A stretch of DNA of 54,201 bases from Bacteroidota bacterium (GCA_046047575.1 JBJOHR010000074.1:1-54201), one strand, 5' to 3'; shown: positions 18,823 to 29,188, counted from the first letter of the stretch. Notes: a model not told the origin generated them from the letters alone. Numbers and translations are program-made.

Positions 18823-20282
18823 CAGCAGATCTGTTTAAGGTTGGTTGTGAGTACTTCCATATCGTCAAAGTCGTGCTTCACTCCTTTGATCTCCTGGTAT
18901 TTTTCATGTCCTTTTCCGGCCAATAGAATGATGTCGCCCGGGCTCACCATCATGCATGCGGTGCGGATAGCTTCTGCTCGGTCCACAATGCTCACGGCTT
19001 TTCGTATCAACACAGGGTCGAGTCCGGTTTTCATATCATCAATGATGGTCTGTGGATCTTCGCTTCGAGGGTTGTCAGAGGTCAGTATGACCTTGTCGCT
19101 TCCTTCTGCTGCGATTCGCGCCATTTCAGGTCGTTTGGTCTTGTCTCTGTCGCCCCCACAGCCGACAACGGTTATCAGTTTTTCGTTCCCGGTACGCAGT
19201 TCCTGAATAGTTGACAGCACATTATCCAGCGCATCGGGCGTGTGGGCATAATCCACAATTCCGAGAATGTTGTTCTCGGTTTTGATGAACTGAAAGCGGC
19301 CGTCAGGTGATTGCAGATTACTGAGTGTGGTCAGGATCTGAAGTTTTTCTTCCTTCAGTTCGAGTGCTGCTCCGTAAACACTCAGAATATTGTAAGCATT
19401 GAACGAACCAATGAGTCTGGTGATCACTTCCTGTCCGTCAATGTTCAGAATGAGTCCGGTAAGGTTGTTCTCTAGGATCTTGGCCTTTCGGTCCGCCATT
19501 GACTTCAGTCCGTAGGTGACAACCTTTGCCTTGGTGTTCTGCACCATTACCTCACCGTTCTTATCATCAACATTCACCAATGCGAATGCTTTGGACGAAA
19601 GCCCATCAAACAGCATCTTTTTGGCTTTGATGTAATTGCTGAAAGTCTTGTGATAATCGAGATGATCGTGAGTGATATTGGTGAAAATGGCACCAGCGAA
19701 TTCAATCCCTGCAACACGATGCTGATCCAATGCATGCGAACTCACTTCCATAAAAGCATATTCACAACCCGCTTCCACCATTTCTGCCAAAAGCCTGTTC
19801 AGGTTGATCGGGTCGGGCGTGGTGTGAGTTGCAACCACCACGTTGCCGTTGATCAGATTTCTTACTGTTGAAATGAGCCCGACCTTGTAGCCAAGGGCTC
19901 TGAAAAGCCCATAGAGTAGGGTTGTTGTGGTGGTTTTACCGTTGGTGCCCGTAACGCCAACCAACTTCATATTGCGCGATGGATTGTCGTAAAAGTTGGA
20001 TGATATGACACCAGCTGCAAAGCGGCTGTTCTTAACCTGTATGTAGTTGACATCCTTGACCAGACTCTTGGGAAGCACCTCGCAGATAATGGCCAAGGAA
20101 CCTTGCTCAATGGCTTTCGAGATGTAGTCGTGGCCATCCATGGCCGTGCCTTTTACAGCAATGAAAAGCGAGAATTTTTTGGCCTGACGGGAATCGGTAC
20201 AAATGTTTTCAATGGCCACGTTGGTGGATCCGATCACCTCTTCAATTCCTGCTTTGTACAGTATGTCTTTCAGCAATTTCAT
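18822..20282 (-). CDS. murE: UDP-MurNAc-tripeptide synthetase (meso-DAP or L-Lys adding)
   Basis: [12 protein letters not shown] and a DNPR-type motif ([10 protein letters not shown]). Confidence 0.94.
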   Translation of the reverse strand: MKLLKDILYKAGIEEVIGSTNVAIENICTDSRQAKKFSLFIAVKGTAMDGHDYISKAIEQGSLAIICEVLPKSLVKDVNYIQVKNSRFAAGVISSNFYDNPSRNMKLVGVTGTNGKTTTTTLLYGLFRALGYKVGLISTVRNLINGNVVVATHTTPDPINLNRLLAEMVEAGCEYAFMEVSSHALDQHRVAGIEFAGAIFTNITHDHLDYHKTFSNYIKAKKMLFDGLSSKAFALVNVDDKNGEVMVQNTKAKVVTYGLKSMADRKAKILENNLTGLILNIDGQEVITRLIGSFNAYNILSVYGAALELKEEKLQILTTLSNLQSPDGRFQFIKTENNILGIVDYAHTPDALDNVLSTIQELRTGNEKLITVVGCGGDRDKTKRPEMARIAAEGSDKVILTSDNPRSEDPQTIIDDMKTGLDPVLIRKAVSIVDRAEAIRTACMMVSPGDIILLAGKGHEKYQEIKGVKHDFDDMEVLTTNLKQIC

Positions 20283-22378
20283 GATAGTCGGATAATGATT
20301 TCGCGGCCTTCCAAGGCTCTTGTTCCAGGTATGATGGATTGTTGACGGACCACGCCAGAACCTATCATCTTCACCTTTAATCCGTGATTTTCAAGGAGGA
20401 ATAACGCATCCATTGCTCCCATTCCGACCACGCGTGGCACAAGCGTTTCAATCACATCTCTGGCTCGCAGTTCAATGGTGTCGCCCAATTGTGCCGCCTC
20501 TGCCCATTGTGCGTCCGGGTCTTTGACCGCTGCCTGTATTCCAAGTTCATGAAGGGCTTTGGTCAATCCATTTTTATCTGTGGCTTTGGCAAATGGCAAC
20601 AAGTGTTTGCCCATGGCGGTGTCAGTTTCCACCTCTTCCAGCATTTTAACCTGTGTGGAGTAGACCTTATCTGATATCTCTTTGAAAATGGGTCCTGCCA
20701 CCAGATTACCGTAATAGACCGAGCTTGTTGGAGAATCAACTACTACTATACAGGTGTATCGCGGTTTATCTGCTGGGAAATAGCCAACAAACGATGCCTG
20801 GTAGCTTTTTTCGCGGTGATAGCTACCACCTTTGGCTATTTGCGCAGTGCCCGTTTTGCCCGCTATCTTATAATTGGCGTGTTTTAGGTTGCTGGCAGTT
20901 CCGTGTTCAACTACACCTTCCATCAGAGTTTTCACTTTCCGGATCGTCTCCATCGAACACATCTTATCGTTCAGTATGGTTGTGGGGAATTCGCGTTCGA
21001 TCTTGCCGTGCTTTTTAATGGCGTTCACCATTTTCGGCTTGACCATCACACCATCGTTGGCAATGGCGTTATAAAAGGCCAGTATCTGAAGAGGAGTTTG
21101 AAGCACTTCGTATCCAATGCTCATCCAAGGCAATGAAATTCCAGACCACGAAGGGTCTTTTGGAGAAGGGATGGAAGGCAATCCCTCGCCCTTTATCTCA
21201 AGTCCTAAGGGCTTGTCCAATCCCATTTTCTTCAATCTGTCAACCATCTTCTCAGGCTTATCGCGGTAGTACTGGTTCACCAGTTTTGAAATACCAACGT
21301 TGGAAGAGATCTCGAATGCTTTGGCTACTGTTATCTTATCATAAAGACCCGTTTTTGAGTCCTTCATGGTGGCGTTGTAGTACTTCTTCACGCCACCTTC
21401 AATATCAACGCTATCAGTTATGTCCACGAATCCGTCTTCCAATAGGCAGATCAAACTTGCCAACTTGAATGTGGAACCAGGTTCAGTGGTCGACCCAATG
21501 GCGTAATTGTATGTTTCAGCGTAGCCGCCTTCTTCTTGTTGAGTGAGGTTGGCAATGGCCTTTATCTCGCCTGTTTTCACTTCCATAAGAATGGCGCAAC
21601 CATGGTGCGCCCGGTGCTTTTCAAGTTGGGTGAGCAGTGCGTGCTCGGCCACGTCCTGAATGTTGATGTCGATGCTGGTGATGAGATCCGACCCATCTTC
21701 GGGCTCTATCTCGTTCACATCGTTCAAGGGTTTCCAATTTCCGCCTGCTATCTTCTGCATCAGGCGTTTGCCTCCAACTCCGGCCAATTCTTCGGAATAA
21801 GCGCCTTCAAGACCCACGCTGAAACCAGGACGGTCGTATCCGATTGTACGAGCTGCCAAATGCTTGAACGGCATGGCGCGCTTGTTCTTCTGGTGGTAGA
21901 TCAACCCACCCTTGTATTTTCCAAGATTGAAAATCTCGAACGAGCGTATTTTTTTGAGATCAGCATGTTCCACGTTCCTTTTTATCAGGTGGTATTGGCT
22001 ACCGTTCAATCTGGCCTGCGTCAGTTCGCGCTTGTAGGTAGAAGCCGATTTGTCTTGGAAAAGATTGGCCAATTGCCTGGAAAGCTGGTCGATGTGGTCG
22101 TTGAAGTATTCGTCTGACAGAGAAGGAATGTTCGCATCCCAACGGATCTCATAAATAGGCTTGGACGTTGCTAGAAGACTTCCGTCACATGCAAAAATGT
22201 TGCCTCGTGCTGCCTCTATTTCTCTGAATCGTGTGGTCTGGGTTTCGGCCTTTGCTTTCCACTTCTCGCCCTCTATGAATTGGATCTGAGCAACGCGCCC
22301 TACGATTGCAAACGCAAATAGGCACATCAGGCCATAGGCCAGATATACTCGATTCTTTATTTGCTTATCATGGTTCAT
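20279..22378 (-). CDS. ftsI: Class B penicillin-binding protein (FtsI/PBP3-like) with C-terminal PASTA domain
   Basis: STFK, SSN and KTGT transpeptidase motifs, N-terminal TM anchor, and dcw position. Confidence 0.92.
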   Translation of the reverse strand: MNHDKQIKNRVYLAYGLMCLFAFAIVGRVAQIQFIEGEKWKAKAETQTTRFREIEAARGNIFACDGSLLATSKPIYEIRWDANIPSLSDEYFNDHIDQLSRQLANLFQDKSASTYKRELTQARLNGSQYHLIKRNVEHADLKKIRSFEIFNLGKYKGGLIYHQKNKRAMPFKHLAARTIGYDRPGFSVGLEGAYSEELAGVGGKRLMQKIAGGNWKPLNDVNEIEPEDGSDLITSIDINIQDVAEHALLTQLEKHRAHHGCAILMEVKTGEIKAIANLTQQEEGGYAETYNYAIGSTTEPGSTFKLASLICLLEDGFVDITDSVDIEGGVKKYYNATMKDSKTGLYDKITVAKAFEISSNVGISKLVNQYYRDKPEKMVDRLKKMGLDKPLGLEIKGEGLPSIPSPKDPSWSGISLPWMSIGYEVLQTPLQILAFYNAIANDGVMVKPKMVNAIKKHGKIEREFPTTILNDKMCSMETIRKVKTLMEGVVEHGTASNLKHANYKIAGKTGTAQIAKGGSYHREKSYQASFVGYFPADKPRYTCIVVVDSPTSSVYYGNLVAGPIFKEISDKVYSTQVKMLEEVETDTAMGKHLLPFAKATDKNGLTKALHELGIQAAVKDPDAQWAEAAQLGDTIELRARDVIETLVPRVVGMGAMDALFLLENHGLKVKMIGSGVVRQQSIIPGTRALEGREIIIRLS

Positions 22379-22743
22379 TGCTCGATCTGCTCTTCAGGCT
22401 TGATTACAATTTTTTTGGGCGGAACAACACTTTCGTAAATACCCATGGATTCTACTGCTTTGGCCACTTCGCTCTGTTTGCTGGCGAACATGAGTTCGGA
22501 TCGAGTAGAAATGAATTCAGAACGTAGCTCCTTCAGTTCGCGGTTAAGCGTTTCGGCCTGTATCACACTCTTTTCTGCGAAATGACTGTTGCCGATATAG
22601 AAGATCCCAATACCGAACAGGAATAGCAGATATGGAATGTTATTCACCATGTTGTCTCTGGTGAGAAAACTGCCGTCCAACACGCCCATAATCCGCTTGG
22701 CGATGTTCTCTTGTTTGACCATATTTTCCTGTTCAGAGCTCAT
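22375..22743 (-). CDS. FtsL-like cell division protein
   Basis: 122 aa with a single TM helix followed by a coiled coil. It sits between rsmH and ftsI with 4-nt overlaps on both sides. Confidence 0.7.
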   Translation of the reverse strand: MSSEQENMVKQENIAKRIMGVLDGSFLTRDNMVNNIPYLLFLFGIGIFYIGNSHFAEKSVIQAETLNRELKELRSEFISTRSELMFASKQSEVAKAVESMGIYESVVPPKKIVIKPEEQIEQ

Positions 22744-23639
22744 GCTATGCGTTCGGCAATTCTCAATTTGGCACTTCGTGCGCGTGGGTTTCTTTCTATT
22801 TCTTCATCGTTTGGCACATCGGGGCGTTTGGTCACGGCATAGAATGGCACCAAGGGTTTGCCATAGAAATCTTTTTCGATCTTGCCTTCCGTGTTGCCGC
22901 TCTTTATCAGGTTCTTCACTAACCGGTCCTCTAACGAGTGATAGGAGATGACCACCAACCGACCTCCTTCGGCCAAAACGTTGGGCATTTGGGAGAGCAT
23001 TTCTTTCAGGGCATTTATTTCGTCATTCACCTCAATGCGAATGGCCTGAAAAACTCTGGATAGGTAGCTGTTCTCCTTGCCACGCTGCGCGAAAGGCAGG
23101 CATATCTGTTTGAACTGTTCAATGGTCTCTATCGCTTCTCCACTTCTTGCCACCTCTATTGCCTTGGATAGTTTCCAAGCCTCTTTCAGGTCTGCGTTTT
23201 CCCTGAAGATCCTTGACAGCTCTTCAACGGAATATTGGTTGATCACCCTACCTGCGGTAAGCTCAATTCCATCAGACATTCTCATATCCAATGGGCCGTC
23301 AGACCGTGTGCTGAAACCTCTTGTCGGTTCGTCTATCTGAAAGGACGAGATGCCCAGGTCGGCTAGAATTCCGTTCACGGGCAATGCCCCATAATACTTC
23401 AGGAAGTTGCGCACATACCTGAAGTTGTGTGGAATGAACGTTAAACGGCTGTCCTCTGTGAGGTTCATCTGTGCATCTTTATCCTGATCGAAAGCGAACA
23501 GATGTCCGCCCTCCAGTTGCTTTAAAATCTCTCGCGAATGCCCACCTCCTCCGAAGGTCAGGTCCACGTAAATCCCATTGGGATCGATCTTTAAGCCGCT
23601 AATGCACTCCTGTAACAGAACGGGGTCATGGTAACTCAT
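22740..23639 (-). CDS. rsmH: 16S rRNA (cytosine1402-N4)-methyltransferase
   Basis: DLTFGGGGHS, ADLGISS and SYHSLEDR motifs. Confidence 0.96.
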   Translation of the reverse strand: MSYHDPVLLQECISGLKIDPNGIYVDLTFGGGGHSREILKQLEGGHLFAFDQDKDAQMNLTEDSRLTFIPHNFRYVRNFLKYYGALPVNGILADLGISSFQIDEPTRGFSTRSDGPLDMRMSDGIELTAGRVINQYSVEELSRIFRENADLKEAWKLSKAIEVARSGEAIETIEQFKQICLPFAQRGKENSYLSRVFQAIRIEVNDEINALKEMLSQMPNVLAEGGRLVVISYHSLEDRLVKNLIKSGNTEGKIEKDFYGKPLVPFYAVTKRPDVPNDEEIERNPRARSAKLRIAERIA

Positions 23640-24099
23640 CAGCCCCTTTATTTAGGCTGCCCATGACTTCTTCAGCCAGTGTGGCAATATCTGTTTCAGG
23701 ATTGCTAAGCTTCTCTTCGTAAGACGCCTTGTCCCATATTTCCACATAGGTACCGGCACTCGAGAGAACGATGTCCTTGCTTATCTCACTGAATCCCATC
23801 AGATCTTTTGGAATCAGCAATCGGCCCGTAACATCAAGCTCAACGATCTTAACCCCAGCAGTGAACAACCGGATGAATTCCACATTCTTTCGCACAAACC
23901 TGTTAAGTCTGTTCACGATAGACATTTTGGCATCCCACTCCGTCATTGGATACAATTCAATGCACTTATCGAACATGCTTCGCTTTAACACGAAGTTGTT
24001 CTGAAGCTCAGACAACAACTGCTTCTTCAATGCTGTAGGAAGCATGAGTCGGCCCTTGGTGTCCACCTTGCATTCGTATGTACCAATGATGTTGGTCAC
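23626..24099 (-). CDS. mraZ: Transcriptional regulator MraZ
   Basis: Two DxxxR-type SpoVT/AbrB repeats (VDTKGRLMLP, LDVTGRLLIP); first gene of the dcw cluster. Confidence 0.95.
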   Translation of the reverse strand: MTNIIGTYECKVDTKGRLMLPTALKKQLLSELQNNFVLKRSMFDKCIELYPMTEWDAKMSIVNRLNRFVRKNVEFIRLFTAGVKIVELDVTGRLLIPKDLMGFSEISKDIVLSSAGTYVEIWDKASYEEKLSNPETDIATLAEEVMGSLNKGADELP

Positions 24100-24137
24100 T
24101 TACACTTGGATTTATCAGGTAAAGTAATGGAATCTCT

Positions 24138-24165
24138 ACCACTATTTACCACAGTTTACCACAAC
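24138..24165 (-). promoter_or_regulatory. Putative MraZ operator: three GTGGT(A) direct repeats at exact 10-bp spacing
   Basis: The minus strand reads GTGGTAAAct GTGGTAAAta GTGGTAGA. ACCAC lies at 24138, 24148 and 24158 on the plus strand, 39-66 nt upstream of the mraZ ATG. Confidence 0.6.
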
Positions 24166-24244
24166 TGTTGAAAACTTTATAGTTTGAAATTACACAAAGG
24201 TTTCAAATCGCAACATTTTATGTTCAATTAAGAACAATTGTTTG

Positions 24245-24283
24245 GTGGTAAAAAGTGGAAGTTGTGTTAATAAAGATGGTGGT
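24245..24283 (+). promoter_or_regulatory. Second GTGG-box array in the opposite orientation, just upstream of the hydrolase gene
   Basis: GTGGTAAAaa GTGGAAgtt GTGTTAA ... GTGGT on the plus strand. The first three boxes are spaced 10 and 9 bp apart. Confidence 0.4.
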
Positions 24284-24305
24284 TTTGGATTGATTAAATC
24301 GAACT

Positions 24306-25109
24306 TTGCTCCCTTCATTTTTGGTTAATTTTGACCAACTGGGACAGAAAGTGGTAAAAGAAGAATCGGGGCATAGATTTATTGAGCAAGGGGAGGGTCC
24401 CGTGCTGCTGGTGCTTCACGGGCTGTTCGGAGCGTTGAGTAACTTCAAGGATGTCCTGAATGAATTCTCTTCGGATTATAAGGTGGTAATTCCGATCATG
24501 CCGATCTATGAACTACCGTTACTGAGGACCAATGTCAAAGAATTGGCGGCCTACATTCACAAGTTTGTCATCTTTAAAGGATACACTGAACTCTCCTTGT
24601 TGGGTAATTCGTTGGGTGGTCATGTTTCGTTGGTGTACACCGTTGCTCATCCTGAGGTGGTAAAAGCTCTTGTGTTGACCGGTAGCTCAGGATTATATGA
24701 GAACGCCTTCGGAGGTTCGTTTCCACGAAGAGAAGACAAGGAATACATCAGAAAGAAGGTTGAGACCACGTTTTACGACCCTAAGAATGCAACGGAAGAG
24801 CTAGTGGAAGAGGTGTTTGGAATCATCAATGACAGGAATAGGTTGATCAGGGTGCTTGCCATTGCCAAATCGGCCATTCGTCACAATATGAAAGAAGATC
24901 TGCCGAGTATTGAAGTTCCAGTATGTCTTATCTGGGGCAAGAACGATGGGGTAACACCACCCCAAGTTGCTGAAGAGTTTCATTCATTGCTGCCCAATTC
25001 CGAACTATTCTGGATAGATAAGTGCGGTCATGCCCCAATGATGGAGCATCCGGAGGAATTCAACCGGATACTTGCGCCTTGGCTTAAAAGGATTGTCTTT
25101 ACAAACTGA
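24306..25109 (+). CDS. Alpha/beta-fold hydrolase
   Basis: HG oxyanion motif (LVLHGLFG), GNSLGG nucleophile elbow, and C-terminal CGHAPMMEHP. The TTG start at 24306 is uncertain. Confidence 0.85.
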   Translation: MLPSFLVNFDQLGQKVVKEESGHRFIEQGEGPVLLVLHGLFGALSNFKDVLNEFSSDYKVVIPIMPIYELPLLRTNVKELAAYIHKFVIFKGYTELSLLGNSLGGHVSLVYTVAHPEVVKALVLTGSSGLYENAFGGSFPRREDKEYIRKKVETTFYDPKNATEELVEEVFGIINDRNRLIRVLAIAKSAIRHNMKEDLPSIEVPVCLIWGKNDGVTPPQVAEEFHSLLPNSELFWIDKCGHAPMMEHPEEFNRILAPWLKRIVFTN

Positions 25110-25111
25110 AA

Positions 25112-25726
25112 ATGATGGTCAATGATGTCCAGTTTGTGATGAGCAACACAGATGTTGCCAAGTGTCCGATTGCAGATAAGCCAGAGTACGCCTTCATTGG
25201 GCGCTCTAACGTTGGTAAATCGTCACTGATCAATATGCTGATGAACAGGAAGAATCTGGCAAAGACCAGTTCTACTCCCGGAAAAACACAGCTGATCAAT
25301 CATTTCATGGTAGACCAGAATTGGTATCTGGTAGATCTGCCCGGTTATGGTTATGCGAAGGTGCCAAAAGCCCAGAAACAGAAGTTCGAGCGGATGATTT
25401 CCAACTACATTCTTCAGCGCAGTAATCTGGTGAGTGTGTTTGTACTCGTTGACGTCCGACACGCTCCTCAACTGATAGATCTTGAGTTCATGGAATGGCT
25501 TGGAATGTCGAATATTCCATTTGCCATGGTGTTCACCAAATTGGATAAACTGAAACGAAGTGAGGTGGATTCTAAACTCAAGAAGTATTGCGAAAAGATG
25601 TTTGAGACCTGGGATGAGCTGCCAGTTCAATTTCTGACGTCTGCCGAGAACACGGCCGGACGCGATGAATTACTTGGTTATATAGATTCGCTGAACAAAG
25701 ATCTCGGAACCAAATTCAAGGCATAA
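25112..25726 (+). CDS. engB: Ribosome biogenesis GTPase YsxC/EngB
   Basis: GRSNVGKSSLIN (G1), DLPGYG (G3) and TKLDK (G4). Confidence 0.93.
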   Translation: MMVNDVQFVMSNTDVAKCPIADKPEYAFIGRSNVGKSSLINMLMNRKNLAKTSSTPGKTQLINHFMVDQNWYLVDLPGYGYAKVPKAQKQKFERMISNYILQRSNLVSVFVLVDVRHAPQLIDLEFMEWLGMSNIPFAMVFTKLDKLKRSEVDSKLKKYCEKMFETWDELPVQFLTSAENTAGRDELLGYIDSLNKDLGTKFKA

Positions 25727-25752
25727 AAAAAGGCTCCCTCGGGAGCCTTTTA
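25727..25752. terminator. Bidirectional rho-independent terminator
   Basis: AAAAAAGGCTCCC-tcg-GGGAGCCTTTT lies between the convergent engB and the T9SS gene. Confidence 0.85.
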
Positions 25753-25763
25753 TCATTTATCCT

Positions 25764-27668
25764 TTATCGGATCAGCTGAAGCCAACCGGTTTCCTTGTAA
25801 TTGAAGTTGTCCAACTCGTTATTGATAGGATTCCCACTGGTCATTTCTGCTTTCGAAATGACATAGAAGTAGGTTCCTGCTGACGCTTGGACACCGGATG
25901 CTGTTGTTCCATCCCATGATATCTGAGGGGAGACCGTTTCGAAAACCACGTTGCCCCATCTATTGTAGATCTCAATCTTGAAAGGACCAACTGCACTGGT
26001 TCGGATATCGAACACGTCATTCCATCCGTCATTGTCAGGTGTAAATACATTCGGAACGATCATTCCTTCTACTACATCAACAGGAATGACAAGTGTGTCC
26101 AAACATTCAAGACCACTTCTAACGATAAGCGTAATGTCGTAGGTTCCAATTTCATTGTAGGTGTGGTATGGCATCGAGTCGTTGCTAGTGGTTCCATCAC
26201 CGAAATCCCAATTCCACTCGCTCGTCAACAGGCTGGAATCAACCATGCCAAGAATGTCATAGACGAAAATGCCTCCAGGCAAGGTTTCGTCAGTACTGAT
26301 GGAGAAGTTTGCCACAGGTAGAGGCCAGATCTCAACCGTGAAGTTTCTTGTAAGACCAGTACAACCACCATTAATGTTGTTAGGAACCGTTTCAATAACC
26401 TGCAAATTGCCAAAAACAGCCGCAAGGCTATCGTTGTCCCATATCACAGTAACGGAATAGTCGGTTTGGTCGATGATGGTACCACCTGTTACTTGAAAGA
26501 CGTAATCAGAACCATTTTCAGGGACGCTGTAAGTTGTAGCTACACTGGCACACAATGCAGAGTCGCCCTGAACCGGTGGCTCAGATGGTACATTGAATCC
26601 CATGATGTACGCGTCTTCAGGATAGGTCTGGTAATCATCCCAATCATAACGGACTACCTGATAGAAATTAGGGAAGGTTGCAGCAGCAGTATTTCCCATA
26701 TTTTCCCACTCGTTGTTGGCTACGCTCCAGTTGGCAATGGTGTTGTAATTCTCATCACCCTCCCAGAAATTGGCGTAAAGACCAATATCGGCAGTGGCAA
26801 CACCACCACTTCTTTTGTTGATGCGGTGATACCACCAAGGATTTACATAGCAAATGGTGGTATCGGTATTAAGCACTGGCAAACTATTGATGGTAGCATT
26901 TCTATTAATGAACCGAACATGGAATGTATCAACGGCAGCAGTGAATGGTTCAATTGTTACCGGACGGTAGCGTTCAAACTGGTTAGGGGAAATGTTCAGT
27001 CCAGAACCAACGGGGAAGTTGTAAACGGCAGCTTGGTTGACAACCCGTGCCATATTGCCATTTTCCAAGCTTGAAACGTAACCACAAGTGTCGCATCCTG
27101 AATCCCGCTGAACTGCACCTGTTGATGGATTGAAAACCCAAAGGGTGTCAAAATCAGTTGCCCATTCTCCAATATTCAACTTCAAAGTTCCGTTCACTCC
27201 GATCTCGGCATTCACCCCTGCCTGAATCCTTCGAATATCTCCGATCAGATCGACATCATGGAAACGGGTAACAGATGTTCCCTGAATAGAGTCAGTGGTC
27301 ATGAACTTCACTTTTCCTTCACCAGCATTGTAAATGCCGTTGTTCTCCCAATCGCCATAGATCTCAAAAAGACCATCATTCGGTTCAATATTCAATGGGA
27401 ATACGTCAAATCCACCACTTTGACCATTGTTCACAAAGTCGCCTTTGATAATGAACTTACCAAGATTGACCATGATACTGTCATTATTGGTTACACCTCC
27501 GTCAACATACACGATGGCGGAATCGTTGGCGTCTCCGTTGATGTAGAACATGGCTCCGTTATTGAACAGCAACGGATCTGGTTCAGCCTGAGCTAGAACA
27601 GCTCCGGTGGCTCCAAGAAAAGTAAGCAGGGTTAGGAAAAATCCTTTGATCGGGGTTGAGGTTATCAT
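25764..27668 (-). CDS. Secreted PKD-domain protein with T9SS type B (gliding-motility-associated) C-terminal domain
   Basis: PKD motif WDFGDGTTS...HTY. C-terminus VPNVFTPDNDGWNDVF...YNRWGNVVFE. The ATG at 27668 gives the signal peptide MITSTPIKGFFLTLLTFLGATGAVLAQA. The tracked start at 27713 would lie upstream of the promoter box. Confidence 0.85.
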   Translation of the reverse strand: MITSTPIKGFFLTLLTFLGATGAVLAQAEPDPLLFNNGAMFYINGDANDSAIVYVDGGVTNNDSIMVNLGKFIIKGDFVNNGQSGGFDVFPLNIEPNDGLFEIYGDWENNGIYNAGEGKVKFMTTDSIQGTSVTRFHDVDLIGDIRRIQAGVNAEIGVNGTLKLNIGEWATDFDTLWVFNPSTGAVQRDSGCDTCGYVSSLENGNMARVVNQAAVYNFPVGSGLNISPNQFERYRPVTIEPFTAAVDTFHVRFINRNATINSLPVLNTDTTICYVNPWWYHRINKRSGGVATADIGLYANFWEGDENYNTIANWSVANNEWENMGNTAAATFPNFYQVVRYDWDDYQTYPEDAYIMGFNVPSEPPVQGDSALCASVATTYSVPENGSDYVFQVTGGTIIDQTDYSVTVIWDNDSLAAVFGNLQVIETVPNNINGGCTGLTRNFTVEIWPLPVANFSISTDETLPGGIFVYDILGMVDSSLLTSEWNWDFGDGTTSNDSMPYHTYNEIGTYDITLIVRSGLECLDTLVIPVDVVEGMIVPNVFTPDNDGWNDVFDIRTSAVGPFKIEIYNRWGNVVFETVSPQISWDGTTASGVQASAGTYFYVISKAEMTSGNPINNELDNFNYKETGWLQLIR

Positions 27669-27710
27669 CAGATACGTAGTATTTGGTCGATACGATTTTC
27701 TGTAAGCACA

Positions 27711-27718
27711 CAAATATA
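27711..27718 (-). promoter_or_regulatory. Bacteroidetes-type -7 box (TATATTTG)
   Basis: Matches TAnnTTTG on the minus strand, 43 nt upstream of the ATG at 27668. Confidence 0.45.
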
Positions 27719-27797
27719 TGCGTGCAAGGGCAATTGTTCAAATTTAACTGAAGCCCTTGGCGTGCTCAAAAACAGAAGAAATTTCGAAAGTCACTGA

Positions 27798-28124
27798 TCA
27801 AGTGAACATTTCGCGCGCAAAATGTTGTCCGAAGTCGCGCATATCTGCTGCCATCTTGTCTTCGTTTGTAGCCCTTTGCAGCGTGTCTGCCATGGAAATA
27901 ATGGTCTGATGGAAGAATCGCTTCATCTCGTCTACGCGCATTTCTTTGGTCCAGAGGTCCATGCGCAGTGTTTCTTCAGAATCGGTATCGTAAACCGATA
28001 TCATGATGGCCTTGCTATCCAACTGTTTGTCCATGCCGGCATCGGTTGCCAACCAGTTTATTTTCTCGGGAATCTGATTCTCATCCAGTGTTACACTGAA
28101 TTTTATCTCTGAGGTCTTGCTCAT
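27798..28124 (-). CDS. gldC: Gliding motility protein GldC
   Basis: MSKTSEIKFSVTLDENQIPEKINW...DLWTKEM..DEMK.FFHQT resembles GldC, and the gene lies immediately downstream of gldB. The ATG at 28124 is preferred over the tracked start at 28172. Confidence 0.8.
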   Translation of the reverse strand: MSKTSEIKFSVTLDENQIPEKINWLATDAGMDKQLDSKAIMISVYDTDSEETLRMDLWTKEMRVDEMKRFFHQTIISMADTLQRATNEDKMAADMRDFGQHFAREMFT

Positions 28125-28125
28125 T

Positions 28126-29139
28126 TCATAATTTGGGTTTGTATTTGGATCTTGCCAGAATGTCCTGAGCATTCTGGTAAACCATCAGTTCCGAGATGCG
28201 TATCTGCGGATTATTCTTCATGTATGCGCGGACTATCTGCCAACCTACCCACTGTCCTAATCTACCTGGAGAATCTTTAGGGATTCCGGCAACAAACGGG
28301 GCTTGATTTATCCACTTATTGATGCTCATGTATTCGGTTGAATAAAGCAGTTCTTCATCTACAAGATGGGCCCAAACCCTCGGTTCGTATTCTGAACACC
28401 AATCCATTGCTTCTGGAGAAAAGCCGATCTTAACTGAATCATCCGTTTCGCGAAGTACCGCGTCCAAGACGTAAAGCAGTTTCCCTTCAAATATCATGTA
28501 TTCGAGCAGATTTTCGCGTTGCGCATCCGTCTCGTACATGGACTGCAGCCATCCTTTCATTGCCTGTGGTACCACTTGGTCCGGTTTCAGATTGGCATAC
28601 ATGTATTTGGGAAGTCCAACCAACGGATAAACGGGGTAATCTGCTCCTAGGAACATGTCAAGGCCAATGGCCAAGGTGGAATTAGTTGCAACAATGGCGT
28701 AATTGAGCGCACTGATATTGAATACGACCTCTGGAATGGTGCTATCGGGAAAGTGGTGCTGATAGTAGGTGAAAGCATCGGTCAGTTCCAATTCTATTTG
28801 CGAGACATCTTCATATTCCGCTTGCACGTCTGTGTACAGGGTTTTCATGTTCTCGTCAGTAATGAACTGAGCCACCGCATATCCGAAGGATTCCGATTCA
28901 GGATTACCGATCCGAAGAACACCTTCAGAATAATCGGTCAGAAACTGACCGTATTTTGCCTTGAGTTCCGCGGTATTAGTTTGACCAGCAGCAGGATTGA
29001 GACTGAACAGGTCTTGGTCTAATCGCTTGAAAACCAATTCGGTATTGATGCCGCTGACATCCACATCCAACGGGTCGGAACCGCACCCAAAGAGTAGAAG
29101 AATGAGTAGCGAAACGACCGCGCTCTGCGTAATTCTCAT
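28126..29139 (-). CDS. gldB: Gliding motility lipoprotein GldB
   Basis: Lipoprotein signal LLLFGCGS, about 337 aa, and the gldB-gldC pairing known from Flavobacterium johnsoniae. Confidence 0.78.
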   Translation of the reverse strand: MRITQSAVVSLLILLLFGCGSDPLDVDVSGINTELVFKRLDQDLFSLNPAAGQTNTAELKAKYGQFLTDYSEGVLRIGNPESESFGYAVAQFITDENMKTLYTDVQAEYEDVSQIELELTDAFTYYQHHFPDSTIPEVVFNISALNYAIVATNSTLAIGLDMFLGADYPVYPLVGLPKYMYANLKPDQVVPQAMKGWLQSMYETDAQRENLLEYMIFEGKLLYVLDAVLRETDDSVKIGFSPEAMDWCSEYEPRVWAHLVDEELLYSTEYMSINKWINQAPFVAGIPKDSPGRLGQWVGWQIVRAYMKNNPQIRISELMVYQNAQDILARSKYKPKL

Positions 29140-29154
29140 GCCCGATTATTCGTG

Positions 29155-29162
29155 TAATTTTG
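29155..29162 (+). promoter_or_regulatory. Bacteroidetes-type -7 box (TAATTTTG)
   Basis: Matches TAnnTTTG, 27 nt upstream of the ATG at 29189. Confidence 0.45.
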
Positions 29163-29188
29163 CGAACGCAATTGAAGCGGTCGAAATT

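Noticed and set aside
27714-27797. CAAGGGC...GCCCTTG inverted repeat downstream of gldC
   Set aside because: A 7-bp stem with a 21-nt loop and no U-tract could occur by chance.
28997-29188. Long N-terminal extension of the OMP ORF, and the 28125-28172 extension of gldC
   Set aside because: The extensions overlap gldB (antisense in the first case, in another frame in the second). Internal ATGs give a canonical signal peptide (OMP) or the conserved GldC N-terminus, and a -7 box precedes the OMP ATG.
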